A DNA stretch of 56,178 nucleotides, filler included, from Basidioascus undulatus (lineage: Eukaryota), in the NCBI GenBank assembly GCA_000826855.1. It is 4 parts of 4 records of this genome, joined end to end, with 100 filler letters (N's around TTAATTAATTAA, not from the genome) between each part and the next. Parts side by side here need not be neighbours in the genome. Positions count along the whole stretch, not along the records: positions 1 to 29,266 come from JTLS01000132.1; positions 29,367 to 38,245 come from JTLS01001323.1; 2 more parts are not named here. One strand, 5' to 3'. Every line of letters starts with the position of its first letter. Position 1 is the stretch's first letter. Both the position numbers and the translations under genes were made by a program. Under the pieces are notes generated by a model. The model did no database searches, was not told where the DNA came from, and worked only from the letters and a program-made list of their open reading frames with translations. Of the stretch, positions 26,195-38,345 are shown in pieces.

Positions 26195-27390
26195 ATACCC
26201 ACCCACCCTATTCCTGCTGAGATCTGGTCCCACATCTTCGAGCTCGCGGTTGGCGGACGCAGCAGATATGGAGGGCCGTCGAGAACTCCCATGACCCTGG
26301 CCATGGGGCGAGTATCGCGCTGGTGCACATGTGTCGGCGTTGGAACGTGAGTCTTGGCTGGCGTATCTCCTAGGGGGATGGGTGGACTTTATATCTAAAC
26401 TCCTGAATGTCTGCGCAGCAATTGTATGAGCCACATCGCTACCGCTCCATCACTCTAAGCGGATATCATTCGATCCAAGCCTTCGGCCAGCTCATCGTCT
26501 GTTTGGGCCTGATGGGACGTGAACCACTGCGGCACACCAAAGAGGTCGAGGTGTACTCGCAATATCCGCGGCGGATACATCGATCAAATTTCCTTCCCCC
26601 ACTTGCTCACATTCACTGGGGGCGTGCAAGACGCCCTTCTCGGTGACATCGTGGAGCCTTCAACACTTTAATCGCTGGCAACACCCAACAGCCGATCTGT
26701 CACCATTCTAGACGTCCCAATCGATTTCAAAATACCCGAAGTTCTGAACTTTCTCCGTCTTTTTGAGGAGCTGCGTAAACTCCGGCTCGGACTCGTCGAG
26801 ATGGAACAAGCGCCAAAGCCATGATTCGCTGTCATTCGACCTTTCGATCTTCCAAAGCTACAGCAATTGATGGTGCATAGGAATCGAGCGGATGACCTTG
26901 CCTTCGGAGCAGCTCTCGCCCGATGCGGTTTTCCGTCCTTGGAAGAAGAGTCTTGCATGGAGAGCTCCGCATGTTTCGCTCGACTCCTGTTGCAGTCCCA
27001 TGGTTTCCATCTCAAAAAGCTCGGCCTTCACCACAGACATGACGAACACCACATGCTGCCCGATCTCATCTCGCTCTGCCCAAGCCTACAAAACATCAGC
27101 GTTTACAACTCAAGGACAAACGTTACGGTGGTCGGTCCGCTGGTCAGGGCACTCCCTTGCTGATCACCACGATCACTCTTCACGCCATGGGTCAGCCGAT
27201 CGATATGGCGGTTAGAGAGCTAGCCAGTAACGGAAACCCCCTGCACTACCTGAAGCGCATAATTTTTAGTGCCTTGTCGTTGGGGAAAACGGACGAGTTG
27301 CGAACTGAAGTGGTCCAGCTGGCTGGGAAGGGGATAGAGGTCATGGTGGAGGACTGGTTTAGCGGCTTGAGACTTCGTAAACTAAATTAG
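26195..27390 (+). pseudogene. F-box + LRR/RNI-like pseudogene, paralogue of 24000-25143
   Basis: ATA at the likely start, then PTHPIPAEIWSHIFEL; LYEPHRYRSITL; in-frame TGA at 26822-26824; FDLPKLQQL...LARCGFPSL...LQSHGFHL...SLCPSLQNI; frameshift near 27160. Confidence 0.68.
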
Positions 27391-27982
27391 GCCCTGTTGC
27401 ACCTGCGATTACTTATCTGCATACCTGATATGGGCAAGGGTCTGCATATTTGACAGAGTCTGCACGAAGTCGCGTCGTTATTGAACAGCCGATTTGGCTG
27501 CTCAAACACTGCGAGTCGTGCCCCTTTCTTTACCCAATCCTTTGCGGTAATTATGACGAAATCTGTCTCAAGAGTAGCTGTTATGGATGTGACGCTGTGC
27601 TTTCCAAGCGCTACATCGCACTCTCCTCAACGACAATTTAGGCCTTGACAAAATCAAGCAGAACATTGATGTCTACTGTTCTTCAAAACATGACACCCTT
27701 CCGGAGATTTCCTTGTAAGTATCGTTGTAAGTATGTCCGTCCTTCACGGGTACAGCTGAACCGGAAGACACAGGCGCATTTCCCATTGCATGGAAGTAGA
27801 TGTCGGATATGATTAAGGCAAAGTTAGCTGAAAAACGTGCGCTTACAAGGTGTAAAGAGCCTTCGACGTGATGCAACGGCCCCTCACCGACGCCGCAGGG
27901 TGCGAATCAATTTGCGACGAGCGGCGCTGCTTCTCTTACTACCATCACCTTCCCCCATATTCCACTTACAACCTGCCTCGCT

Positions 27983-28235
27983 ATGATTTCCGGACTGCTC
28001 GAACGCACCACTTTCCAACGCCTGCTGCTCAATGAGAGCCTCGACAAGCAGGATGAGAACCTCTAAGAGTCTGACGCCGACTTCTGGTACGCGACGCCGC
28101 GTCTGTTCTGTGCCGTCTGCGGCTTGCCCGATTGCGTGCCCCGTTTTGACGATGGATCTGGTGCGTCCCACGTCCCAGAATCCGTTTGCTCTCACATCTA
28201 CAAAAGTTCGGTTGATCCACAGGTGAGAGGTTGAC
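27983..28235 (+). pseudogene. Truncated paralogue of the 11150-12606 CxxCG/F-box gene
   Basis: MISGLLERTTFQRLLLNESLDKQDENL*ESDADFWYATPRLFCAVCGLPDCVPRFD aligns by eye with MDSGQIQFTTSERRLNNGLDETFEESEAEPASESPPSLFCAICGLPDCVPSFD. Both starts are preceded by CTCGCT; internal TAA. Confidence 0.85.
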
Positions 28236-28456
28236 CACGGGGTACCGCTGCAAGATCGTCTTCTCAAGTCTTTCTAGCCAGACGAGGAACCAGAATGAAG
28301 TCGCTGCGCATCCCAAAGGCAGCCTCGCATTCACTCCTTTAACGCATGCGCTCTACCGCTACAGTTAAACTGCACGAAATGAATCTATCTCTCTTCCAAT
28401 CCACTCCGTTCCATCCGTATCCGTCTCCGTCCCTCGCCCATCTTCCCCTCCCCTAC

Positions 28457-29266
28457 CTAAACTCCGCCCCGCCCCCAAAGGCCTTCCCAAAACTCCTCCG
28501 CCTCCCTCGCACCCGCCCTCTTCACCTCCGTCACCTTCCTCATCTCCCCACCCTCGCCTTCCGCCCGCCCCTCATTGGCCGCAGCAGCGCGCTCGAGGAC
28601 CCACGGCTGCCTCGCCGTGTCGAGTGCGAGCACGCGCAGACGGGGGAGCGCGCGGCCGACGAGCGTGCCGAGCGCGTGCGCGGTGGGCGGAAGGCAGATG
28701 CGCGTGCCGAGCGTGAAGGTTGCGAGGGTGTGGAGGTTTGGGAGGGAGGAGAGGGGGCGGGCGAGGGCGAGCTGCGGCGGTGTTGTCAGTACTTCAGTTG
28801 AAGGGGAGGAGAGATGGCAGGACAGGGAGGAGAACGCACCAGTATGTCCTCCGCCGGCCTGTCCTCCCCGCCCTCCCACAGTCCATCCCTCCAGTACCCC
28901 GCCAAACTGAGCCTCTCTAGGCTCGGCACACACCTCGCGACCTCCGCCCCCAGTCTGGCCGGATCGAGCCCCGTCGCCCCGAACAGATCCAAGCTGAGCG
29001 TCCGCACCGACCTCCAGCCCCTCTCGCCCTCCTCAAGCCCGAGCACGAGCCCGCGCACGAGCGCCTCGTAGTCCGCGCGGGCGTCGGACTCCAAGGGCCC
29101 TCCGGCGCCCGCTGCTGGGCCTTCCGGGTGGAGGCGCGTGAGGCGCGGAAGGGCGAGGGGGGAGAGATGCAGGAGCGCGGAGCAGGTTGCGCGGGGGGCG
29201 TGAAGGTGCGTGAGGGCGGGGAAGAGTGCGGCGGAGAGGACTAGAAGGAGTGGGAGAAGGAGCTAT
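28457..29266 (-). CDS. 3' part of an LRR/RNI-like (probably F-box) protein; 5' end lost in the gap
   Basis: FPALTHLH...LPRLTRLH...SVRTLSLD...VPSLERLSL / LPNLHTL...LPRLRVLAL repeats; strong coding bias; stop at 28457. Confidence 0.6.
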
Positions 29267-29366
29267 NNNNNNNNNNNNNNNNNNNNNNNNNNNNNNNNNN
29301 NNNNNNNNNNTTAATTAATTAANNNNNNNNNNNNNNNNNNNNNNNNNNNNNNNNNNNNNNNNNNNN
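29267..29366. other. Artificial contig spacer (44N-TTAATTAATTAA-44N)
   Basis: Six-frame stop linker embedded in Ns; identical to the other two spacers. Confidence 0.97.
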
Positions 29367-32040
29367 GGGGAGGGTGAAGGTTGGGGGGGTAGAGGAGGAA
29401 TGGAGAGAGAAGGGTGCGGGATGGGGAGGGCGAGGGAGGAGATGTGGGCGGGCGAGGGCCGGTGGCCAGAAGAAGAAGAAGCGTGCGAGCCCAAAATCTC
29501 TTTTTGCCTGCACGCGTCAGTAGGTCAGCGAGATGACATGAGCATCGGCCGAACCCTTCGGCCTTTTCGCACCCACATTTCGTTTCAAGCCCGCAGTGCG
29601 TTGCACGTCTTCCTTTTCGTTTTGTCGCGCATTCTTCTGCGTAGGGGGTGTGTTATTATCAAGCGCATCTGATCCTGTTGATCATAAGACTTGGCACCAG
29701 ACCATGTCAGAGAGGCGTGGAAGACTGAGGCCCAACAACAACGCTGCTTTCAACCTTGTGCCCGTACGTCTGAGGGATCACGGGCTACAAACGTCGAGCT
29801 TACAAAACAGCAAAAAAAAACCAAAAAGTCAAGAATAAACCAGTTAGCAAGCTCCAGCAAGATTTAATGGCGATGCCGAGAGTTCAAGAAGCCAGGCATG
29901 CTGCCCCATGTGTGGCTGCTCCATGATAGGCTCGTCTCGCTGCTCCATTGCTTTGTCTTTTGGGTCAGAGGTGAGTACCTAGAACAGAGGAAGTAAAGCA
30001 ATCCTCTGAAGGTGCAGTTGACTGAACGACTGGCTGGTCATCATACCGGTTTGAGTCATGGCAGCACGCATTCGGACATTCGGCTGTGATTGCAAGCGCC
30101 TGCACTCACGGGTTCCAAGCTCAATGTCCCCTTGCAGTGTGCTAACACTAAGGACTCCGGACTCCCGTTGTTAATATATTTGACCAAACATGCTTCAGTA
30201 TGTCCATTCTTCTGTACTAGTAAACGGGGCGTGTGCAGGTCGTCACTCTTTCGCCACGTTGCCCGACTCCAACGCCCCCGCCACAGCGCCAACGTGCGAA
30301 ACCGTTTCTCGGCCCACACGAGTAGATTTTTATTAAAGGTGATTTTAAGTATAACATTGTTAATAAAAGAAGGCCAGGCTGTGGTGGCGACTGTGTGGGA
30401 CAGACAGCCCGGACGGCAGTGGGGGCGATCCAGCCTGTTTCTGCTGATCGCGTCGACTTTCGCACAGGTATTTCAGATCACTCTCAGGGAATAGTTCCAG
30501 TTAAACGCCGAGATACAGATAAAGACACATTGCATCATCGAATCATCGGCGTCGTCGAGCTCACAATTGACGCCGTTCGCTCTGATAGTGAATTCGGCGA
30601 GGCCGCCATGTTGGTCCATGCATGTCTTCCGTTGCTTTGAAGGAGGTATTACTTCCCTAATCCAAGTCATTTTCTGTATTTCAGAAGAGTATGGCATACA
30701 AATTGACACGACCGGACTCTTCCCTCAACCGACAGACGGCGCGTCTGCCAGCCTCACCCCTGCTCGGGACCATCTTCCGATTCTTATCCTGACCGGCCTC
30801 ACCTGCTGCATACCTGTCCATGCGCAGCAGCCCCTCCCCTCGAACTCCTTCTTTCGAATTGTCCCTGCGCAGGTCAATGAGACTCGTCTCACCGATGCGT
30901 TCCTCTTGTCGCCCACCATCTTGCAAGGCTGAGAGCTCGAGCTGCATAGCTCCTCAACCTCCCGCAGCAGACTGCAACCGGCTTCGCTCGACCAATATTT
31001 AATGGAGGTTGGGGGAACATTAGGGACTGAGTGCAACCAACTACGCCTCGATCGGGGGCGGCGCACTCTTCGCGCTCATTGTTGTCGTGCTCTGCTTTCT
31101 CTCGCTGCGACGGCGACATCGGGACCGTGTTAAAGCGGTACGCGACCGGCAGACATGGCCTAAAGAGGTGCTCTATCCCGATTTATCAGCGTTCTATTAC
31201 ATGCAAGCTGGCTGACGTGGATAGCATGCTAGGAGGAAGCTGGGATCGACCCTGCTGCAATCAACTGGAAGGAGGAGTACCGCGCATGGCCTGGGCGCGA
31301 CGCGGAGGAGAAGCAACAATGGCGACGCTGTGAGTACCTTTCAAGCTTGGAAAGGGTCGGTGCCTGTCCCATGGACCAGAGGGTGCACTAGCTGTTTGGT
31401 AGCTGAGGCTGATTTGGGACTCTTATCGCCTTCAGCGCATTCTCGGGCAACCGTCCTCTCTTCCCGGACCGGACGAAGCCTGGGGCACACCAGGTCCGTG
31501 TACTCTCTAACAGGCTCGTCCGAGCTCTAAGGATTCGCAGCATCCGAGGTCCGCCCAGCAGGCACGCCTGACGTCGCCCCATCGTCTGCGTCTCTATCTA
31601 CCCGCTCGAGCCCGTCTACCATCCGGCGTCCCCTCCTCATCCAACCCCGCACGCCCCATACTCCCATCTACAACCGCACTCGGCATACGCACTCTCAAGG
31701 CCTCTCGAAAGGGTATCGAGCCTACCCCTCTCACCCGCCTATTCCGAGTCGCGCCTTTTGCCCGTCCAACGGGGCGCTGCACCCCGCGCCTTCTGCACCC
31801 GGAGCAGACCTCAAATGCCTGAGGGGTTTCATGTCTTCCGTCCTCTCTTCCTCACGTCCCCAGCGGACCCCAGCCCGCGCTCACCCTCCCTCGTCTAACC
31901 GGGTACCTGTCCGCTCCTGCACCCCGGCGCAGCCGCAGCGTCTTTCTCCGCATTCACCAACACGCCCGAGCCTGGCTCGCCCATACACGCAGCTCCTCAG
32001 TCCTCCTCCCCTTCGGCTCTCGCCCCCCTGTCCCGTTCGG

Positions 32041-32337
32041 ATGCTCTACCCACCCTCCCCCTCAGGCCCGGCGAGTTCCCCGCACAGCTCGCCAGGGTCC
32101 GCGTCAACGCATTCGCATTTGAGCAGCGACGCCCAACCGTTCGAGTACAACGCTGGCGCTCTTACTGCGACGAAATACGAAGTGCTCCGGCGACTGTCGG
32201 GCTGCCTGCAGGCCGAGGATGGGGTGGAGGTTGGGCTGATGGTTATTGGGCAGGGCGCGCTGAGGCTGTCGTTGGATGACGAGGAGGAGGCAAGGAGGCG
32301 GACGGATGCTCAACGACAGGAAGAGGGGTGGGTGTGA
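32041..32337 (+). CDS. Possible small hypothetical protein (98 aa)
   Basis: ATG after a long pyrimidine-rich leader like those of real genes here; MLYPPSPSGPASSPHSSPGS...YEVLRRLSGCL...; coding-like codon use; no recognisable family. Confidence 0.35.
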   Translation: MLYPPSPSGPASSPHSSPGSASTHSHLSSDAQPFEYNAGALTATKYEVLRRLSGCLQAEDGVEVGLMVIGQGALRLSLDDEEEARRRTDAQRQEEGWV

Positions 32338-32652
32338 AACATTCTTTTGCAATGGTCTCTGTCAAACACGCACATTCTTCATTTTTCACATGGTCGCTCG
32401 CCTGCCATCCTTTCGCACTGCGATCGTTTCGCATTCCCTCTCTCTTCTTTGCATTGTATCCAGCTGTACACGTACACTTCCTACCATCATGTCGCATCGC
32501 ACGTATTTGTTCTGCTGCATATCGGCGTGTGTCACATGTGTCGGCTGCCGAACTCATATGCCCAGCAACGATGATGCTTGTCATCGCGCCGTCGTCTCGT
32601 TGCACTGTCATCTCGCTCCGCATCTGCTAGGCGACCCCAATGCGTGGCTCCT

Positions 32653-32852
32653 TCAAACAGGGCGATGCTCATAAGTTCCAAGGACACAGTAACCACGGAT
32701 CCCCTAAACAAATGGTCCGTCGCAGCGGAGAGTCTTAAAGCACTGCCGCACACCTCAGGGCCCAGCTGACACTTTCTGTGGCAGTCGTACGCGCTTAGCG
32801 CAAGCAGAAGCACTCCGAGGGGAACGAGAAGCATAAGAAGCGCGCATTTCAT
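32653..32852 (-). pseudogene. Possible small secreted Cys peptide / defensin-like relic
   Basis: Signal-like MKCALLMLLVPLGVLLLALSA then YDCHRKCQLGPE. A putative 50-nt GT-AG intron (32753-32704) joins this to GIRGYCVLGTYEHRPV*. Branch site is weak. Confidence 0.3.
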
Positions 32853-33373
32853 TGTACTATCAGTGAATCAGGCTGGCCGGTCCTGTCCACCTTATACAGC
32901 TGTCCTAACGTCGCACAAGCGCAGTTTAAGTGAAGTCGTGTGCCACTTTACCCAAGACATGCTTTCGTGTGTTGATAGAGCTGCTGTTCCGACCAAAAGA
33001 GGCCGTAATGGTTCCAGTATTGCAGAAAGATATACATGGGCGGCTCGCGTCCGTTCTCGCTCAATAGAGTGAAGTCGACGAAGAGACTGGCGCATGGTTC
33101 ATGTTGCTGCCTGCTAGCTTCGAGGGTCTCGTGTTTTTCTTGCCATAGACATACCCATATCCATATTACAACGTCATTTCGACGAGCAGGTGAAATTTCA
33201 TGAATCATATATCGATTCTCCTCGAGCAGCACAGTTCCCCTTTAAACGGCACAGCGTGACGGGAATACGGCTCAATACACGGTCTTGGTGACAGAACAGG
33301 AATGAACTGTGAAATATGGTATAATGGTTACATTCAGAAGAGTAGGTAAACTAGTCAGCAACGCGAGTCTCGT

Positions 33374-36300
33374 TTACAGCTTGGACACCTGCAGCGGTTC
33401 GACGGGTTGCGGACGCGGAGCCAGCTCGCACCGCCCGCGGAAGGCAGCAATGTCGGACGCGGCGGGAGGACCGTAGCGATGCGCGACCAGATGTATTGCA
33501 AGCTTGCGGCGAGAGGGGGAGGCGGGGTGGATGTGCGTGAGGAAGAAGTCGCGCAGGTCGGACAGCGTGAGAGAGGACGCGAGCATGACTTCCTTCTCGG
33601 CTAGAGGCAGACAGACTATTGAGAAAGAGGTCTTCCAGGAAGCGAGGCAATTAAGAAACGTCAACGTACTGCGCAGAAAGTCGTACTCCCCGTTGCTGAT
33701 CGCGCCCCAGTAAAGCGACGACTCCTCCCCCAAGTTCTTCTCTTCCTCCGCAACTTGCTTGATCCAGCTCTGCCGATGGACCTCGAACTCCTCCTCCGTC
33801 ATGCGTTCGAGCCGGTCCTTGACGACGTTCTGGAGGAACGCCTCGATGCGGGACTCCACGAAGGACGGCTCGTGCTCGGACTGGACGGCTGCGAACCAGC
33901 CGACACGGCCCTCGGACACGCGTCTCGAAGAGGAGACAATGTATCTGTATTGATCGATCGAGGAACTTCTGATCAGCATTCTAAAAGGGAGACGAATATC
34001 GAAGCCCTAATTGCATCAAACGCACCCGAGTTGCTCTTGCGTGCGCAGCGTGTTAAACGCCGGCTGCCTCGCGACCTGTGCGAAGAGTCCGGCGAGAGCG
34101 CGCGTCCTTGGCGCAGAGGCGCCCACTTCGAGGTAGTACCGGAGCGCCGAGTTGACGTTATCCGGGTCCGGTACTGGCCAGACGTAAAGAGACGCGCCTG
34201 AAGAACAAAAAATAGCCCGTGTCAGCCAAGCAGAACCAGGCAACGCTCTGCGAGACAAACGTACCCTCTGGAACGATGAGGCCGCGGTCCGGGAACTTCT
34301 CCTTGGCGGTAAGTGCGCTGGGCTTAAGGACGTCCTCGACGAGAGATCCGACGTCGAGAGCGGTCTGCGAAGGTCAATCCGTCAGTGCCGAAGGGTGAGC
34401 GTGGACAACGATCGCCGTACTTGAGCCGACATGTTGCCATGCACGAGAGCCTCGACGTGCAGCCTCGCAAGTAGGCGCGTCCCGAACTCGAGCGTGCCCT
34501 CGAGCGTGACACCTGCACGCGGACACAAGCCCAACGGCCGTCAGCAGTCGGCCAGCCGTCGGGTTGCGTAAAAGCAAAAAGGGAAACCCCCACCTTCCAG
34601 CGCCTGCAACTTCTCCTGCGAGCTCCAGTACGTCTCGCTCGTCGCCTCCGCGAGCTTGTACCCCGCGATGTGGTTCGGCAGCTCCTTGTCAACGTTCCGG
34701 TACGCGCGCGCGATCTGGTCCTTGACAATCTCGAATCGCTCGGCGTCGACGGCGGTCGCGAGGTCGTGCGCGGCCTCGAGCACGGTGCGGAGGAGCAGCG
34801 GCAGCTTGGGGTCGTATCCGCCGAGGCGGATGTGCAAGCCCTCGGAGGTGCCGGACAGGCTGTAGGAGAGTCCGGCGAGCTGCGCTTGATATGTCGGCTC
34901 GACGAGGGAGTCTTCGACGAGCCCGGCGAAGAGACTGTGCGCGATTGCAAGCTGTCAGCTTGCAGTCATCGAGAACTGCAAGATGGACGGAAAGTACCGA
35001 GTCTTGGCGGAGTGGGCGGGATCGACGTAGGCAAGCGGGCTGGGTAAAACAGCACGGGAGTGAGCTTAACAGCGTTGGATACAGCAGGTGAGGGAAGTAC
35101 CTCCGCAACCTCAACACAACATTCGCCTTCGGCACGCCCCATCGATCGTCCTTCTTGTACCACAGCCGCACGAGCTCAGTGTCGCGGATCAGCGACGGGC
35201 GCTTGGCGGGCTGGGGGTACGGGCGAAAACCAGCTGTCAGTTACACTATCGTGCAGCTTGGGAGACTGCAAACGACGAACCGTCTCGCTCGTGGGCGGAG
35301 CTTGGAGACCCTCGGAGACGAATGGGTTGGGCTCGGGGAGGTGCATCGTCCGCACAGGCGCCTGGTTGCGCATCTGGAATGAAAAGCGCCCAGCGCGCCT
35401 GATCAGAACCCTGGCTGCAATCGTGGAGATACGGAAGGCAAAACTGGCGCACCTTCTGACAGACCTCCTCCGGGATAGGCTCGAACCTGTACTTGGTTCC
35501 ATACCACTTCTCGCGCAGACCCAGCTCCCCGACCCCCTCCGGCCTTTCGCGACTAGCGACGACGACCCTGCACCTCTCCGGTCCCAGCCCGTCCAAGCAC
35601 CGCTGCAGCACCTCAGGCGCCCACTCCTGTGCAACCGTCCGCGCGCTGAGAAGCAGCTCCCGGGGGACCTCGGCCTCCTGCATCCCGCGCGCAAGCTCGC
35701 GCGCGTACTCCGCGACGTGGCGCGTCTTTTCGCGCCAGCGGAAACGCTCGAGGTCGAGTACCCGGTTCACGGCCCAGATGCGCTGGGGGATCGGCTCGGA
35801 CTTGAGCTGCTTGAGGTACGCGAAGATGAGCTCGAGGACAGTGGAGTAGCGGGCTAGGCCGAGAGGCGTGAGGCTGATGTGGATGTAGATGAGCGAGTAG
35901 CCCGGGGAACGATTGTCCACGCCTGCGAAGATGCCGGTGGCGAGCGAGCGGGAGCGGAGGGTGGAGAGGAGCGAGCCCCGCGACTCGTGCCCGAGCAGGT
36001 GGCTGAGGAGGCTGCCCGGCTGCAAGAGGGAAAAAGACGGATGTCAGAGAGGAAGGCGAAGGGAAGAAGACCGTACGAGAGACTGCACCTTCGACTTCCA
36101 GAGGTCGTCATCCGCCGGGAAAGGCCAGAAGACGCGCATCTGGCGCATGTCCTTGATGGTCTCCACGAAGACTTGGCTCTGTCCGTCGCTATACCATCAG
36201 CATTGCCCGGAACGGTAACCAAGCGAAAGCACTGCGTACCCGCTGCTCGCCCTCGGCCCAGATGTCAGGCGGGAACGTCTCCCTCGTCGCCGTGCCGTTC

Positions 36301-37566
36301 GTGCGCACGGCCGAGAACTCCTTGGCAACGAGCTCCTCCAGCTGATCGAGCGAGTCTGCCGTCGCGTCACCGTCAGATGAGCAAGCCAGAGCAAGAGAAA
36401 TCTTCGAGAGAGAGAATAAAGCAAACGCACCCTTGCCGATTAGTACGAGCTTCATCACCCTCGCGTCGTACTTCTCCTTCCACCACTTGTAGATCTCGCC
36501 GCGCACGTCCCGGCCGTCGTCATCACCCCCTAGCGTTTGACGGTTGCCCGTCGCGAACTTCCTCAGCGGGTGCCCGGACTTCGCGAGTCCTAACCTCCTC
36601 CGAGGGGCCCGTCTCCCGAGTCAGCATTGAACTGCGCCTGAGCCTGGAGATAAAGAAGGGATGCACCTTTCTGCAGCTGATACAGTCGGAAGATATCGCT
36701 TTGGAGGTTTTTCTTGTTCTCCGAGTCGACGGCGCCTGCAAGATTCGAGCTGCTTAGCATCCCCGGAGGAAGACAGTCTCGGCCGTCTGTATATCGCTCA
36801 CCATTGCGCTCGCGGGATATGGCGTCTTCCGGGAACAGCGGAGCGATGAAGAACTGCGCGAATCGAGAGAGAGCGCCAGGCAGGGCTGCAAAGGAGCGAA
36901 GATATCCGTCAACTGGGTTGCGAGGATGACGATGAGAAGCGTGAGCGTACCGGAGGGCTCTACCAAGCAGTGATAGGTCGTGTTGCACTGTCCGGTAGAT
37001 GCGTTCCTGTAAGGTGCGGGAGAGCCATGAGGACACGCTCGAAATGGACGCATCAAGTTGAGCGGACGGACGATGAGCCAGCGTGCGCGGCGAGGTACTG
37101 TCACACAAGGTAATGCGTTAGCATGGGAATGGTAGAGGAAAGAGACTCGAGGAGCAAGATCCACCTTCTTGTACTCGTCCTCGACGGGAAATTTCTCGCT
37201 TCCAAGGTGCACCGCGTGCTCGACGAAGTGCGCGCACCCGGGCAAGTCGTCCTGTCGCCATTCTTCTCTGGAGTGAGCCTTACAGCTTCATGCCATACGC
37301 TCTCGAAAAGAGCGTCGTACCGGGTCCGAGAAGTGCCCGACCGCGACGTCAAGCGCCGCGCACGCCTTGTCCGTCTTCGGGTCGCTGATAATGAGCGCCT
37401 CGAGCCCGTTCGCGAGCCGCACGAGGCGGTACGCGCGATCGTCGTTCGGTGAGGTCTCGATGCGGGGGATGAAGCGCGAGAGACTCGGCGAGAGCTGGAG
37501 GAATCCGGATGGCGGATTGGGGGAAGGGTGGGGAACGGAGACGCCGTTAGAGATCGAGGTCGCCAT
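33374..37566 (-). CDS. STE23: Insulysin/Ste23-like zinc metallopeptidase (M16A)
   Basis: DDRAYRLVRLANGLEALIISDPKTDKACAALDVAVGHFSDP, DLPGCAHFVEH (inverted HxxEH), RERNAVDSENKKN, HPLRKFATGN, SHLLGHE, LWYKKDDRWGVPKA, FNTLRTQEQLG, YWGAISNGEYDF. About 15 or more introns. Confidence 0.9.
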
Positions 37567-38245
37567 GGTGCGCAGAGGTGTCGCCCTGCGGGACAGTGTT
37601 GGTTGGACTCTGGACAGCGAGGGGAGAGCGTGGATGGTACTTTGGGAATTGAATCCTTCCCAGGGGGGGAAAGCTGAAGCGGAAGCAAGTGGCAGCCAGT
37701 CTCGCGACGTACTTCGAAGGAGGCGCGAACGCGACGAAGTTGGAAGAGTGCAGAGTCCAGAAGCGAGCGAGCGCAAGGAGCGATCGAATTCGATCGAGTC
37801 AGAGGCCGCCAGTGAAAATTTGAGGGGTATTTTGTGAGCACGACTGTGGAGTCCTCAAAATGCGTGATCAGCTGTGGTGTGGTTGGGCTATATGAACTCG
37901 CACAAAACCAGCTCGCGCAACGCGCACAGCGCACGTTTCATGTCAAAATGACACATCTGACTCTGGGGACCGCCCTCTCGTAACATGTACACGCTCTTCT
38001 CTGAAGTTGGGATTGATATTTTCTGACACAGGAATGCACTTCTGCACGACCTTTCGGAGAGGCGACCTCTTCAAAGGACAGCTGCGGCGTATTGCGGTAG
38101 GTACCGAGGTGTCGAGCAGGCATGGCATGGCATGCGCCATCCAACGTCTGGGCCACACAATGCTGAACAGCTAAGTGAACGTGGACAAGAATAAACATCC
38201 TGCACATGAGTACAAATGTAACAAAGACGGGGGAGGTCAAAAGCA

Positions 38246-38345
38246 NNNNNNNNNNNNNNNNNNNNNNNNNNNNNNNNNNNNNNNNNNNNTTAATTAATTA
38301 ANNNNNNNNNNNNNNNNNNNNNNNNNNNNNNNNNNNNNNNNNNNN
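38246..38345. other. Artificial contig spacer (44N-TTAATTAATTAA-44N)
   Basis: Same linker as 29267-29366. Confidence 0.97.

Noticed and set aside
29311..29322. TTAATTAATTAA as a piggyBac TTAA target site or biological palindrome
   Set aside because: Identical at three places and centred in exactly 44+44 Ns; a synthetic six-frame stop linker.
30480..31330. Fragments resembling a decayed LRR gene (PPLELLLSNCP, LDQYLMEVGGTL)
   Set aside because: Too degraded to assign by eye.
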